Origin: an uncultured Actinomycetota bacterium
Lineage (GTDB): Bacteria; Actinomycetota; Actinomycetes; Propionibacteriales; Propionibacteriaceae
Reading direction: 5' to 3'
Length of the DNA: 64,000 bases
Assembly (NCBI GenBank): GCA_963711185.1
Contig: CAVQDD010000018.1
Location: 34,893-98,892, forward strand
Part shown: one piece after another, positions 36,726 through 50,286 of the stretch
Numbering within the stretch: the stretch's first letter is position 1
Layout: each line of letters starts with the position of its first letter
Notes under the pieces: generated by a model
The model's database searches: none
Seen by the model: the letters and a program-made list of their open reading frames with translations, nothing else
What the model was told of the DNA's origin: nothing
Made by a program: the position numbers and the translations under genes

Positions 36726-38259
36726 TGCTCGCCGCCGACCGGCCCAATCCGCTTCGCGACCCGCAGGATCGTCGGCTCCCGAGGATCGCCGGACCGTGCG
36801 TCCTGGTGATCTTCGGGGTGACCGGCGACCTGTCCACCAAGAAGTTGATGCCGGCGGTCTACGACCTGGCCAATCGCGGCCTGCTGCCCCCGGGCTTCGC
36901 CCTGGTCGGCTTCGCCCGGCGCGACTGGGCCCACCAGGACTTCGCCAAGATCGTCCACGCGGCCGTCAAGGAGCACGCCCGGACGCCCTTCCGCGAGGAG
37001 GTCTGGCGGCAGCTGTCGGAGGGCATCCGATTCGTTCCCGGTGAGATCGGCGACGACGAGTCCTTCGCCAAACTGGCCGACACGATCGCCGATCTGGACG
37101 AGGCCCGCGGCACCGGCGGCAACCACGCGTTCTATCTGTCCATCCCGCCGGGGCTGTTCCAGACGGTCGTCGATCAGTTGCGTTCGCACGGACTGGCCGA
37201 GGAGCAGACCGGCCGGTGGAGCCGGGTGGTGATCGAGAAGCCGTTCGGTCACGACCTGGCCAGTGCTCGCGAGCTCAACCAGATCGTCTCGTCGGTCTTC
37301 CCGTCGCGGTCGGTGTTCCGGATCGACCACTATCTGGGCAAGGAAACCGTCCAGAACATGATGGCGCTGCGGTTCGCCAATCAGCTGTTCGAGCCGGTGT
37401 GGAACAACAACTACGTCGACCACGTGCAGATCACCATGGCCGAGGACATCGGCATCGGCGGCCGGGCCGGCTATTTCGACGGCATCGGCATCGCCCGCGA
37501 CGTGATCCAGAACCACCTGCTGCAACTCCTGGCCCTGACCGCCATGGAGGAGCCGGCGACTTCGAGGCCCGGCAGCTGCGGGCCGAGAAACAGAAGGTGC
37601 TGGCCGCCGTCCGACCGCCGACCCGGATGGATCTGCACACGGCCCGCGGCGCGTACGCGGGCGGCTGGGCCGGCGGCGAGAAGGTCAAGGGCTACCTCGA
37701 CGAGGACCGGATCCCGCAGACCTCCAAGACCGAGACCTACGCGGCGATCCGGCTGAACATCGAGAACCGGCGCTGGGCCGGCGTGCCGTTCTACCTGCGG
37801 ACCGGGAAGCGACTGGCCCGTCGGGTCACCGAGATCGCGCTCGGTCTGAAGCGGGCACCCCACCTGCCGTTCACCAAGACCGACACCGAGGAACTCGGCT
37901 ACAACGCCATCGTGCTGCGGATCCAGCCCGATGAGGGCGTGACGCTGCGGTTCGGCGCCAAGGTGCCGGGCACCCAGATGGAGATCCGCGAGGTCAACAT
38001 GGACTTCGCCTACGGCGGCTCGTTCACCGAGTCCTCGCCCGAGGCGTACGAGCGGCTGATCCTCGACGTGCTGCTCGGCGACCCGCCGCTGTTCCCCCAG
38101 CACGAAGAAGTCGAACTGTCCTGGGAGATCCTCGACCCGATCATCGACTACTGGGCCGACCAGCCCAGCCAGCCGGAGCCGTACGAGCCCGGCTCGTGGG
38201 GTCCGAAGGGTGCTGACGAGATGTTGGCCCGCGACGGCTTCACCTGGAGGCGGCCATGA
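36725..38259 (+). CDS. zwf: Glucose-6-phosphate dehydrogenase
   Basis: GVTGDL; EKPFG; RIDHYLGKE; YLRTGKR; AYERLI. Confidence 0.96.
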
Positions 38260-39342
38260 TGATCTTTCTGCGTGAGCGAAGCGAACACCGGCCCGTGCGG
38301 CGAGCACGTCTGATCGTCGACCTGAGAACACCACCTCCGGCAAGATCTCGGCCGCTCTGCTGCGGGCGAAGCGCACCGCCGGCAGTCCGGCCCAGGGCAT
38401 GGTGCTGACGCTGATCGTCGTCTGCGACGAGTCGGAATATCCGGCGCATGGAAGCCGGGACGGCTGCCGGACGCGAACATCCCATCACGGATCCTGGTCG
38501 TGGTCACCGGCGGCGGCCGGACGGCCTCGGTCGATGCCCAGGTGCGGATCGGCGAAGGCACCCCCGGCGAGGTCGTGGTGATCCGGATGAAGGGCGCGGT
38601 CGCCGCCCACCCGGCCTCGGTGGTCCGGCCGCTGCTGCTGCCCGACTCGCCGGTGGTCATCTGGTGGCCGGGCAAGGTGCCGAGCAACCGGGCCGCCGAC
38701 GAACTGGCCGCGCTGGCCAATCGCCGGATGACCGACGCCTCGGCGGCTCCCCGACCGTTGACCGCGCTCAAGGCGCGGGCCCGCGACTACACGCCCGGCG
38801 ACACCGACCTGTCCTGGACCCGGCTGACTCCGTGGCGGGCCCTGCTGGCCGCGGCGCTCGACCAGTACCCGGCCAAGATCAAATCCGCCACCGTGGAAGC
38901 GGAGCCGAACAACCCGTCGGCCGATCTGCTGTCGGCCTGGCTGGACTCGCGGTTGAAGGTGAAGACGGAGCGAAAGTCGAGCGACGGGCCCGGCATCACG
39001 GCCGTCCGATTGGGCACGGCGGCCGGCGACATCGCCATCACCCGCCCGGACGGGCTGCTGGCCTCGTACGCGGTGCCTGGTCAGCCGGAGCGGCTGGTCG
39101 CGCTGAAGCGTCGCGACTTCACCGATCTGCTGTCCGAGGAACTGCGGCGGATGGATGCCGACGACGTCTTCGAGCGGGCGCTGCGGTCGATCGCCGGAGT
39201 CGACGCGGCGCCGGCCAAGAAGACAGCGGCCAAGAAGACGACGGCCACGGTGAGCGCGGCGAAGACGACAGCGGCCAAGAAGGCGACAGCCAAGAAGACT
39301 GCGGCGAAGAAATCGCCGGCGAAGAAGGTCGCCGCTCCGTGA
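38256..39342 (+). CDS. opcA: G6PDH assembly protein OpcA with Lys/Ala-rich C-terminal tail
   Basis: GMVLTL; REHP; PLLLPDSPVVIWW; YTPGDTDLSWTRLTPWR; tail PAKKTAAKK...KKSPAKK. Confidence 0.92.
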
Positions 39343-40081
39343 GCGGCCCGGAGCTGATCGTCCATGCCACGGCCGACGACGTCGCCGAGGCCCTGGCCGC
39401 GCGGCTCACGGCCCGGCTGACCGAGATCCAGCGGGATTTCCGGGTGCCGCAGGTGGCTCTGACCGGCGGCCGGATCGCCACCCGGGCCTACCGGCGGTTG
39501 GCCGACGAAGGACCGCATTCAGCTGTCGACTGGTCGCGGGTCGAGCTGTGGTGGGGCGACGAGCGGTTCGTGCCGGCCGACGACGGCGACCGCAACGACA
39601 AGCAGGCGTTGGATCTGCTGGCCACTCCCCTGCGGCTAGCCGGGACCGGATCCATCGCATGCCGGCGTCCGGCGGCGGGATGGGTCTGGATGCCGCGGCC
39701 GAGGCGTACAGCCGGGCGCTCGGATCGACGGTGTTCGACATCTGCCTGCTCGGCCTGGGGCCCGACGGTCATGTCGCCTCATCTTCCCCGAGCACCCCAG
39801 TCCGTACGAGGTCGGGCGAGGTGATCGCCGTCCGCTCCGCGCCGAAACCACCGCCGGAACGGATCAGCCTGACCCTGGCGGTGATCAACCGGTCCCGCGA
39901 AGTGTGGTTCGTGGTCAGCGGTTCCGACAAGGCCGCCGCGGCCAAGATGGCCTTGCTCGGGGCCGGGCCGGTCCAGGTGCCGGCCGGCGGGGTGAGCGGG
40001 GTCGATCGGACCCTCTGGCTGCTCGATCGCGACGCGGCTGCTCAGCTCCCGCGGAGCATGTTCCCGCCGTCGGTCTTCTAG
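39339..40081 (+). CDS. pgl: 6-phosphogluconolactonase
   Basis: ALTGG; WWGDERFVP; LGLGPDGHVAS; PKPPPERISLT. Confidence 0.92.
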
Positions 40082-43000
40082 CGGCTGAGCCGCAGCGTAC
40101 GGATCTCGAAAGCCGTCAGGGTGAGGTCGATCCGCGTCCGATCGTGATCGATCCCGGTTGGTGCCTCGCCGAGCGGCTTCTCCAACAGGGTGGCCTCGGT
40201 CGCCGCGTACGTCCCCGGCGATCTCCAGCGTCCCGGTGGTCCGCTTGCCCAGGGATTCGTAGACCCGGACGACCAGGTCGCCGCTGCGGTCGTCGGCCAG
40301 CTTGACGCTGGAGATCACGATGCCGTCGCCCGACGACGGCGACCAGCGGATCGACCGGATGTCCACCGCGCACCACGCGCTCGGCGGCGTTCAGCGCGAT
40401 GCCGGCCTGCACGGCGTCGGTCATCGTGCTGCCGACCAGCAATCCGTACGCCAAGGTCTGCCGACCCTGGTCGGTGGCCGGGTCGGGGAAGCGTGGCGCC
40501 CGCAGCAGGGAGAGCCGGACAGTCGTGGTCACGCCGAGGTCCGGGTCGGAGTCCCGGGTCACGTCGTAGCCGTAGGTCGAGTCGGTGATCAAGGTCGCGC
40601 CGAACTCCGGCTCGGCGGTGTGCACGTAGCGGTGCATGGCCGTCTCGAACTTGGCCGCCTCCCAACTGGTGTTGGTGTGGGTCACCCGCTGGTAGTAGCC
40701 GAACTGGGTCTCGGCTGCTGTGTGCTCGGCATGGATCGCGAACGGGAAGGCGACCTTGAGGAACTTCTCGGTCTCCTGCCAGTCGGCCTCGAACTCGACG
40801 AGCAGGGTGCGCTCCCCCGGCTCGAGACTGAGGGTCTGCCGGATCGTCGACTTCGAGAACGACCGCTCGATGACCAGCCCGCCCGTCCTCGCACGCGCGA
40901 TGGCGTCGACCTCGCGCAGGTCGGTCACCGAGTTGCGATAGAACCGGTCGACGTCCCAGGCGTCCCACTGATTGGGCAGGTCCTGGTGCAGCTGCAACAG
41001 ATTGGCCTCGAGACCGGGCACGATCGCGTTCCGTCCGCTGGCCCGATCGATGGCCGCGACGACCGATCCGGACCGGTCGAGTCCGGAACTCGACCAGGTC
41101 GTTGGCCAGGGTGAAGCCGTCGTCGGTCTCAATCAGGGTGATCGCGTCCGACGTCCGTCGGCGGATGCCGATGCCCAGGGCCGGCACGCCGTGCCGGGCG
41201 CCGGCCGCGGGGTTGACCGCCAGCGCGCGATCGCCGTCACCGGTCAGAGCGGTGAGCGCCCGTTCGATGATCAGCTGCGGCGCCCGCCTGCAGCTCGGCG
41301 TGCGGCGGCGACCACCTCGCGATGCACCCAGGCGATCGAGGTGCCGGGCAGGATGTCGTGGAACTGCATCAGCAGCAGTTGCCGCCACAACCGGTCGAGT
41401 TCGTCGTAGGGGTAGTCGAGCCCGGGCCCGAGCGCGGCGTACGGTGCTCCACAACTCGGCCTCGATCAGCAGCTGCTCGCTGCGCCGGTTGCCCTGCTTG
41501 GTCTGGTGCTGACTGGTCAGGGTGGCCCGGTGCAGCTCGAGATAGAGCTCGCCGACCCAGACCGGCGCGTTCGGCAACTCGGCCCTGGCCGTGGCGAAGA
41601 AGGCGTCCGGATGCTCCCAGCGGACCTGCGGACTGCCCTCGAGATCGGCCAGTCGCCGGGCCCGGCCGACCATCTCCCGGGTGGTCCCGCCACCGCCGTC
41701 GCCCCAGCCGACCGGGGCCAGCGAATGGGCGGCGTGCCGGCTCTCCCGGAACTGTCGACTGGCCAGCGCCACCTCGGCGCCGGACAGCTCGGAGTTGTAG
41801 GTGTCCATCGGCGGGAAGTGGCTGAACACCCGTGACCCGTCGATGCCCTCCCACCAGAAGGTGTGGTGCGGGAAGACGTTGACCTGGTTCCAGGAGATCT
41901 TCTGGGTGAAGAACCAGTCGAAGCCGGCTCGACGGATCAGCTGCGGCAGGGCCGGTGAGTAGCCGAAGCTGTCGGGCAGCCAGACCCCGGCGCATTCGAG
42001 GCCGAACTCGTCGCGGAAGAACCGCTGACCGTAGGTGAACTGCCGGACCAGCGCCTCGCCGGTCGGCATCATCGTGTCGCTCTCCACCCACATCCCGCCG
42101 AGCGGGACGAACCGTCCGTCGGCGACCGCCGCCTTGACCCGCGCGTAGACCTCGGGTCGGTGCTCCTTGATCCAGGCGTACTGCTGGGCGCTGGACATCC
42201 CGAAGACGAACTCCGGATGTTCGTCGATCAGCGCGGTCATCGACGCCGTCGTCCGGGCCACCTTGCGGATGGTCTCGCGGATCGGCCAGAGCCAGGCCGA
42301 GTCGATGTGCGAATGCCCGACCGCGACGATCTGATGGGCGCTGGCCTCGGCCGGACTGCTCAGGGCGGGGGCCAGCGCGGCCCGGGCGGCGGCGGCCGAT
42401 CTCGGCCAACTGCTGCAGATCCAGCGCGTCCATGGCGTCGTCGAGCGCCTGCAGGATCCGCATCCGCCGTGGGCTGCGGTCGGGCAGCTCGGCCTGCAGT
42501 TGGAGCAGCACCTCGAGATCCAGGCTCAGCTCGTGCAGGTCGGGTTCGAAGACGGCCAGGTCCATCCGCCGGGTCAGATAACGCGGCTGCTTGGACGCGG
42601 TGGTCAGGTCGCCCTCGATGGTGGGGACGAAGGGGTGGCGGTCGAGGATGACCGGGTTGGCGGCGGCCTCGAGATAGAACTCGACGACCTCGCCACCGAC
42701 GGCGGGATCGGCGATCGGCACCCACTGATTGCGCGGATTGACGGCCTTCACCGGCGTGCCGTCAGGGCGGTAGACCAGACCTTCGCACTGGAAGCCGGTC
42801 AGCGACGGATCGAAGCCGAGATCGATCACCGCCTCGACCCGGCGACCCTGCCAGTCGGCGGGCACCGTGCCGCGGAGCCGGAACCAGGTGGTGTTCCAGG
42901 CCGGACCCCACGGCGTGCCGACCGTCGTACGCGGTGTATTCCAGACCCAGGGCCTCGGCCGGCGGGATCGGCTCCCCCGGCAGTTCGTGCCAGGTCACCG

Positions 43001-43094
43001 CGAACGGCACGCTCGGACCGTGGATGGCGGGCCCGATCCGCTCGGTCAGCACCCGAGTGGCGCGACCGATCGTCAGGGCGACGTCGTCGTGCAC
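40078..43094 (-). CDS. Alpha-mannosidase, GH38
   Basis: GHSHIDSAWLWP; GGMWVESD; WLPDSFGYS; GWGDGGGG; GELYLELHR; QFHDILPG; SLLRAP. Confidence 0.92.
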
Positions 43095-43120
43095 CCGATT
43101 CACCTCGATCAGCCCCGCAG

Positions 43121-43160
43121 CCCCGCCGCGATGCGGGGGTCCAAGGGGGTCGCCCCCCTT
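43121..43160. repeat. Double-hairpin intergenic element
   Basis: ccccgc-cgcgat-gcgggg, then aaggggg-tcgc-ccccctt. Confidence 0.55.
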
Positions 43161-43168
43161 GCTGAAAA

Positions 43169-43525
43169 TCAGTAGATGACTTCGCCGCGGGCGCGACGAT
43201 CACGCAGTGCGGTGAGGGCCTCGGTGAGGATGTCGGCCGCCTCCTTGTCGGAGCGGCGCTCCTTCACGTAGGCCAGGTGGGTCTTGTACGGCTCGATCTT
43301 CGGCGGCGGCGGCGGATTCAGCGAGTCCAGGTTGGCCGGAAGTCCGCAGCGCGGGCAGTCCCAGGCCTCCGGGATCGTGGCCTCGGCGGCGAACGCCGGA
43401 CGCGTCTCGTGACCGTGCGCGCAAAAATAGGAGACGTAGAGCCGGGGTGCAGCATCACCGCGTTCAGCTTCCCCCATCGGCCCGGCCCCCACCCGGCTGC
43501 CACGAATGGCACTGCCACCAGCCAC
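43169..43525 (-). CDS. rbpA: RNA polymerase-binding protein RbpA
   Basis: AIRGSRVGAGPMGEAERG; WDCPRCG; KTHLAYVKERRS. Confidence 0.93.
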   Translation of the reverse strand: MAGGSAIRGSRVGAGPMGEAERGDAAPRLYVSYFCAHGHETRPAFAAEATIPEAWDCPRCGLPANLDSLNPPPPPKIEPYKTHLAYVKERRSDKEAADILTEALTALRDRRARGEVIY

Positions 43526-43596
43526 GTCAGTTCTCCCGTCGTCCCGCGTGTGTTGATGAGTGTCGTGTCTTGATCGAGTCGCGACACCGGCTCCGG

Positions 43597-43843
43597 TCAG
43601 GCCTGCAGCTTGTACAGCAGGCCCAGGGCGACGATGGCCGCCAACCAGATGACACCGATGACGATGGTCAAACGATCAAGGTTGCGCTCAGCCACCGACG
43701 AACCGCCCATCGAGGAGGAAATCCCACCTCCGAAGAGATCCGACAGGCCGCCACCACGTCCCTTGTGCATCAGCACGAACAGCGCCAGAGCGACGCTGGT
43801 GATCACCAAGAACGATCGAGAAAACCAGGATCGGCGTAGTCAT
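43597..43843 (-). CDS. secG: Preprotein translocase subunit SecG
   Basis: LMHKGRGGGLSDLFGGG..SSVAERNLDR. Confidence 0.93.
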
Positions 43844-43904
43844 CAGGGGGACGAGAAGCACGGAGGTAGCCTAACTCAGAAAATTGCGGCGAAGCGCACG
43901 ACGA

Positions 43905-44694
43905 TCACAGTGCGGGTAGGTCGTAGAACCGTGCAATCGCAGAGAATTCGTCGACCACGAGGCTGGCCCCGCCGACCAGACAACCGTCCACATCGGGCTG
44001 GGCCATGATCGCGGCCACGCTGCTGGACTTGACCGAACCGCCGTAGAGGATGCGTACGCCGTCGGCGACGTCGGCGCTGTAGAGCTCGCCGATCCGGGAG
44101 CGGATCGCCGCGCAGACCTCCTGCGCGTCGTCGGGGGTGGCCACCTCGCCGGTGCCGATCGCCCAGACCGGCTCGTACGCGATGACCACGTCGGCCAGCT
44201 GCTCGGCCGACAGTCCGGCCAGCGCGCCGTCCACCTGGGCCAGCGTGTAGGGCACGTGGTCGCCGGCCTGGCGGATGTCCAGGCCCTCGCCGACACAGAT
44301 GATCGGCTTGATGCCGGCCCCGAGCGCCTTCTTCGCCTTGGCGTTGACCAGCGCATCGTCCTCGTGGTGATACTGCCGACGCTCGGAGTGGCCGACCGTC
44401 ACGTAGCCGCACTTGAGCTTGGCCAGCATGTCGACCGAGATCTCACCGGTGTAGGCGCCGTTGTCGTTGGCCGAGACGTCCTGGGCGCCGTAGCCGATCT
44501 CCAGCCGGTCGCCCTCGACGAGGGTCTGCACCGTGCGCAGATCGGTGAACGGCGGCAGCACGACGACCTCGGACTTGGCCGGGTCGTGCTTCTTGTCCTC
44601 CAACGTCCAGGCCAGCTTCTGCACCAGGCCGACGGCCTCGACGTGATTGAGGTTCATCTTCCAGTTGCCGGCCATCAACGGCTTGCGTCGACAT
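43905..44694 (-). CDS. tpiA: Triosephosphate isomerase
   Basis: AGNWKMN; VGHSERR; [11 protein letters not shown]; LVGGASL. Confidence 0.96.
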
Positions 44695-44700
44695 GATCGA

Positions 44701-45901
44701 CTACGCCTTTCGATCTTCGAGCACGGACAGTCCGGGCAGGGTCTTGCCCTCCAGGTATTCCAGGCTGGCGCCGCCACCGGTCGAGATGTGGCCGAAGGCG
44801 TCGTCGGCGAAGCCGAGATCACGGACGGCCGCGGCGGAATCACCGCCGCCGACGACCGACAGGCCGTCGACCTCGGTCAGCGCCTGGGCCACCGCCCGGG
44901 TGCCGCCGGCGAAGCTCTCCCACTCGGCCACGCCCATCGGGCCGTTCCAGAACACCGTCTTCGCCGCGGCGATCTCGGCGGCGAAGGCCTTGGCGGACTC
45001 CGGGCCGATGTCCAGGCCGAGCTGATCGGCCGGGATCGCGTCGGCGGCCACCACGGTGGGCGGCGCATCGGCCTTGAACTCGGGGGCCACGACGATGTCG
45101 GTGGGCAGCAGGATCTTCTTGCCGCTGGCCGCGGCTTCGTCGAGATAGCCCTGGACGATGTCGAGTTGATCTTCCTCGAGCAGGCTCTTGCCCACCTCAT
45201 GGCCCTGGGCCTTGAGGAAGGTGAAGAGCATCCCGCCGCCGATGATCAAGGTGTCGGCGGTCTTGATCAGGTTGGCGATGACGGCCAGCTTGTCGGAGAC
45301 CTTGGCGCCGCCGAGCACCACCACGTACGGGCGGGCCGGGTCCTGGGTGAGCTGCTTGAGCACCTCGACCTCGGCCTCGACCAGTCCGCCGGCAGCGTTG
45401 GGCAGTCGGGCGGCCAGGTCGTAGACACTGGCCTGCTTGCGGTGCACCACGCCGAAGCCGTCGGAGATGAAGACGTCACCGAGAGCGGCGTACTGATCGG
45501 CCAGGGCGCCGCGTTCGGCCTCGTCCTTGGACTCCTCGCCCGGCTCGTAGCGGACATTCTCCAGCAGCGCGACCTCGCCGTCGGCCAGCCCGGCGACGGT
45601 CTCCTGGGCCGACGTCGCCGACCACGTCGCCGGCCAGCTTGACCTCGGTGCCGAGCAGCTCGCCGAGCCGCTTGGCCGCCGGGGCCAGCGAGTACTTCGG
45701 ATTGACCTGACCCTTGGGCCGGCCGAGGTGGGCCAGCACGATGATCTTGGCGCCGGCCTCCCGCAGCTGGTTGAGGGTGGGCAGCGACGCCTTGATCCGG
45801 CCGTCGTCGGTGATCGTCTCGCCGTCCAGCGGGACGTTCAGGTCGCAGCGGATGAGCACCCGCTTGCCGGACAGGTCACCAAGATCAGAAACCGACTTCA
45901 C
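44701..45901 (-). CDS. pgk: Phosphoglycerate kinase
   Basis: RCDLNVP; HLGRPKG; LGGAKVSDK; WNGPMG; [10 protein letters not shown]. Confidence 0.96.
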
Positions 45902-45982
45902 GATCAGCCTTTCGGGGTCGGGAACGGGCAGCGGAGGCCCGGGAAACTCGCTCTGTCCCGCGAAACTTCGCCCGCACAGTGC

Positions 45983-46009
45983 CGGTTTCCCGCGTGACAC
46001 GGGAAACCG
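45983..46009 (-). terminator. Hairpin between gap and pgk
   Basis: cggtttcccg-cgtgaca-cgggaaaccg, 10-bp stem. Confidence 0.6.
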
Positions 46010-46029
46010 ACACCAGGTGGAGCGAGAGG

Positions 46030-47088
<1,059 letters not shown>

Positions 47089-47229
47089 TTAACGAACTCC
47101 GCGGGAACGCGTTACGACCGCGTTGGGTGCTGGTCTGATACCAGTGGACCGCTGGTTACAGCGGTGTTTCAGTTTCCTGTCGCCGCAGGCCCGACGCCCG
47201 GAGACATTCCGCTTCATGCCTGCGGGCGT

Positions 47230-48210
47230 TCATTCGTCCAACATGTCGGCGCTGAGACTGGCCTCGGTGTTGGGGATCCCCAGATCACTGGCCCGCTTGT
47301 CGGCGGTGGCCAACAGCCGGCGGATCCGGCCGGCCACGGCGTCCTTGGTCAGCGGCGGCTCGTGCAACTGACCGAGCTCTTCGAGACTGGCCTGCTTGTT
47401 CTCCACCCGCAGGACGCCGGCCGCGCGCAGGTGCTCGGGCACGTCCTCGCCGAGGATCTCCAGGGCGCGTTCCACCCGGGCGCCGGCAGCGACGGCGGCC
47501 CGGGCCGAACGGCGCAGATTGGCGTCGTCGAAGTTGGCCAGCCGGTTGGCCGAGGCCCGGACCTCGCGGCGCATCCGCCGGTCCTCCCAGGCCAACAGCG
47601 AGTCGTGGGCCCCGAGTCGGGTCAGCAGCGCGCCGATCGCGTCGCCGTCGCGGATCACCACCCGGTCGACCCCGCGGACCTCGCGGGCCTTGGCGCCGAT
47701 GCCCAGGCGGCGGGCCGCGCCGACCAGGGCCAGGGCGGCCTCGGGGCCGGGGCAGGTGACCTCGAGCGCCATCGAGCGGCCGGGCTCGGTGAGCGATCCG
47801 TGGGCCAGGAAGGCACCGCGCCAGGCGGCGATGCAGTCGCACACCCCGCCGCTGACCACCTGGGCCGGCAATCCGCGGGCCGGTCGACCGCGGGAGTCGA
47901 TCAGGCCGGTCTGCCGGGCCAGCGCCTCGCCGTCCTTGATCACCCGCACCACATAGCGGGTGCCGCGGCGGATCCCGGAACCGTTGACGATCACCAGGTC
48001 GCTCGGATGACCGAACACCTCGGCGATCTCGGTGCGCAACCGTCGGGCCGCTGCTCCGGTGTCGAGCTCGGCTTCGATCACGATTCGTCCGCTGACGATG
48101 TGCAGCCCCCCGGCAAACCTCAGCGTCGCGGCAACTTCCGACTTGCGGCAGCAGGGCTTGGTGACCTTGATCGTCGCCAACTCCGCTTTCACCTGTGCGG
48201 TCATGGCCAT
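47230..48210 (-). CDS. whiA: DNA-binding protein WhiA
   Basis: [11 protein letters not shown]; GSLTEPGRS; [15 protein letters not shown]; [12 protein letters not shown]. Confidence 0.96.
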   Translation of the reverse strand: MAMTAQVKAELATIKVTKPCCRKSEVAATLRFAGGLHIVSGRIVIEAELDTGAAARRLRTEIAEVFGHPSDLVIVNGSGIRRGTRYVVRVIKDGEALARQTGLIDSRGRPARGLPAQVVSGGVCDCIAAWRGAFLAHGSLTEPGRSMALEVTCPGPEAALALVGAARRLGIGAKAREVRGVDRVVIRDGDAIGALLTRLGAHDSLLAWEDRRMRREVRASANRLANFDDANLRRSARAAVAAGARVERALEILGEDVPEHLRAAGVLRVENKQASLEELGQLHEPPLTKDAVAGRIRRLLATADKRASDLGIPNTEASLSADMLDE

Positions 48211-48272
48211 TGCTGCATGATGCCATGACGTGGAAGCACCCCGACCCGGCGCTCAGACCCCTTGGACTGTGC

Positions 48273-49287
48273 TCAGATGCCCATGATCTCGGCGTAGGCC
48301 GATGCGAGGCGGAGCGGATCGTGCCGCGGGCGAGCCGTCGCGGGCGGCCAGGTCGGCCACCACCAGCTGGGCTCCGAGCGAGTCGGCGCGCTTGGCCAGA
48401 TGCGGATCGTCGTCGGCGAACGCGCTGTCGGCCAGCACGACATCGAGCCGGAGATCGGGGGCATGGTCGGCCAGCAGTTCGATGTGCTTGGCCGCCGAGA
48501 ACCCGGCGGTCTCCTCGGCCGGCTCGAGATTGAGGGTGAGGACCCGGGAGGCCGGGGTGGCGTGGATCGCCTCGGCCAGCTCGGGGACGAGCAGGTGCGG
48601 GATGACCGAGGTGAACCACGATCCCGGTCCGAGGACGATCCAATCGGCGTCCAGGATCACGCTCAGCGATTCGCTGCAGGCCGGCGGATCGGCCGGCAGC
48701 AGTCGGACCGACACCACTTCGCCGGTGGTCTTGGCGACCCGGGCCTGACCGCGTACCTCGCTGACCTCGTCGGGTTTGCCCGGTTCGGCGCCGATCACGT
48801 CGGCCTGGATCTCCAGCGGTACCGATGCCATCGGCAGCACCCGACCCTTGGCCCCGAGCAGCCGGGCGACCATGTCGAGGCCGGCGACCGGGTCGCCGAG
48901 CCGCTCCCAGAGACCGGCGATCAGCAGATTGCCGATCGCGTGGTCACCGAGCGGCCCGTCGCTGTCGAACCGGTACTGCAGGACATCGGCCCAGGTGCGA
49001 CCGGATTCGTCGTCGCCGCACAACGCCGCCAGGGCCATCCGCAGATCGCCGGGCGGCAGACAGTTGAGCTCGGCCCGGAGCCGACCGGACGAGCCGCCGT
49101 CGTCGGCCACGGTGACGATCGCGGTCAGCTGGTCGGTGATCCGCCGGAGGGCCGACAGCGAGGCCGACAGGCCGTGACCGCCGCCGAACGCCACCACCGC
49201 CGGCAGGGCGAGTTCGACCGGGACGGACCAGGGTCGATGGTCCTCCGAGGCCGGCCGGCGCGGGCGGCGTCGCTCGCGGGGGTTCAC
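48273..49287 (-). CDS. yvcK: YvcK/CuvA UDP-GlcNAc-binding protein
   Basis: FGGGHGL; VADDGGSSGRLR; PPGDLR; LGPGSWFTSV. Confidence 0.92.
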
Positions 49288-50201
49288 TCCCGGCCCAGGT
49301 CTCGATGGAGCACCGTGACCACCATGCCGTCGGCGCGCAGCCGGCGGGCGAACTCCTCGGCCATCGAGGTGCTCCGATGCTTGCCGCCGGTACAGCCGAA
49401 GCCGATGGTGGCGAACCGCTTGCCTTCGGTGAGATAGCCGGCGGCGACCACCTCCAGCACCTGCTGGGCGCTGTCGAGGAACGGGTCGGCACCGGGCTGG
49501 CTGAGCACGTAGTCGCTGACCGGCTTGCTCAGACCGGTCTGCGGGCGCAGCTCGGGAATCCAGTGCGGGTTGGGCAGGAAGCGGACGTCGAAGATCATGT
49601 CGGCGTCGACCGGGACCCCGTTCTTGAAGCCGAACGACATCAGGGTCACCCGAAGTTGATCTTCGCCGACCCCGCCGTACGCGTGGGTCACCCGGGAGGC
49701 GAGCTGGTGCACGTTCAGCGACGAGGTGTCGACGACCAGATCCGCGGCGGCCCGCAGCGTGGCCAGCTTGACCCGCTCCCGGCCGATCCCGTCGAGCAGT
49801 CGACCGTTGCCCTGCAGCGGGTGCGGTCGACGGACCGACTCCTGGCGGCGGACGATCACGTCGTCGGCCGCCTCGAGATAGAGGATCTCCGGCATCGTGC
49901 CGGCCGCGCGGAGATCGGCGAACACGGTCGGCAGCTGTTCGAAGAAGCCCCGGGTCCGGACATCCAGGACCACGGCCAGCCGGTTCAGGTCACGCTGCCG
50001 GGCCAGTTCGCAGACCTCGGGCAGCACGCTGGGCGGCAGGTTGTCGACCAGATACCAACCGAGATCCTCCAAGGTGTTGGCCGCGGTCGAGCGGCCGGCG
50101 CCGGACAATCCGGTGACGACCACCAACCGCAGTGGCTTGGCGGCATCGGCCGTCGTCGAAATGTCGGTCTCGTCGGGGGTCTGGACCGGCTCGCTACTCA
50201 C
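49284..50201 (-). CDS. rapZ: RapZ-like nucleotide-binding protein
   Basis: TGLSGAGRS; VDNLPP; SFGFKNG; DVRFLPNP; GCTGGKHRS. Confidence 0.93.
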   Translation of the reverse strand: MSSEPVQTPDETDISTTADAAKPLRLVVVTGLSGAGRSTAANTLEDLGWYLVDNLPPSVLPEVCELARQRDLNRLAVVLDVRTRGFFEQLPTVFADLRAAGTMPEILYLEAADDVIVRRQESVRRPHPLQGNGRLLDGIGRERVKLATLRAAADLVVDTSSLNVHQLASRVTHAYGGVGEDQLRVTLMSFGFKNGVPVDADMIFDVRFLPNPHWIPELRPQTGLSKPVSDYVLSQPGADPFLDSAQQVLEVVAAGYLTEGKRFATIGFGCTGGKHRSTSMAEEFARRLRADGMVVTVLHRDLGRE

Positions 50202-50286
50202 GGGTTCATCATCTCAGTCGCGGATTCGGATCGCTCGTCCATGCGGAGGCTTCGGTGCCACGCGATGCCCTGGCGTCAGCTCGGTG

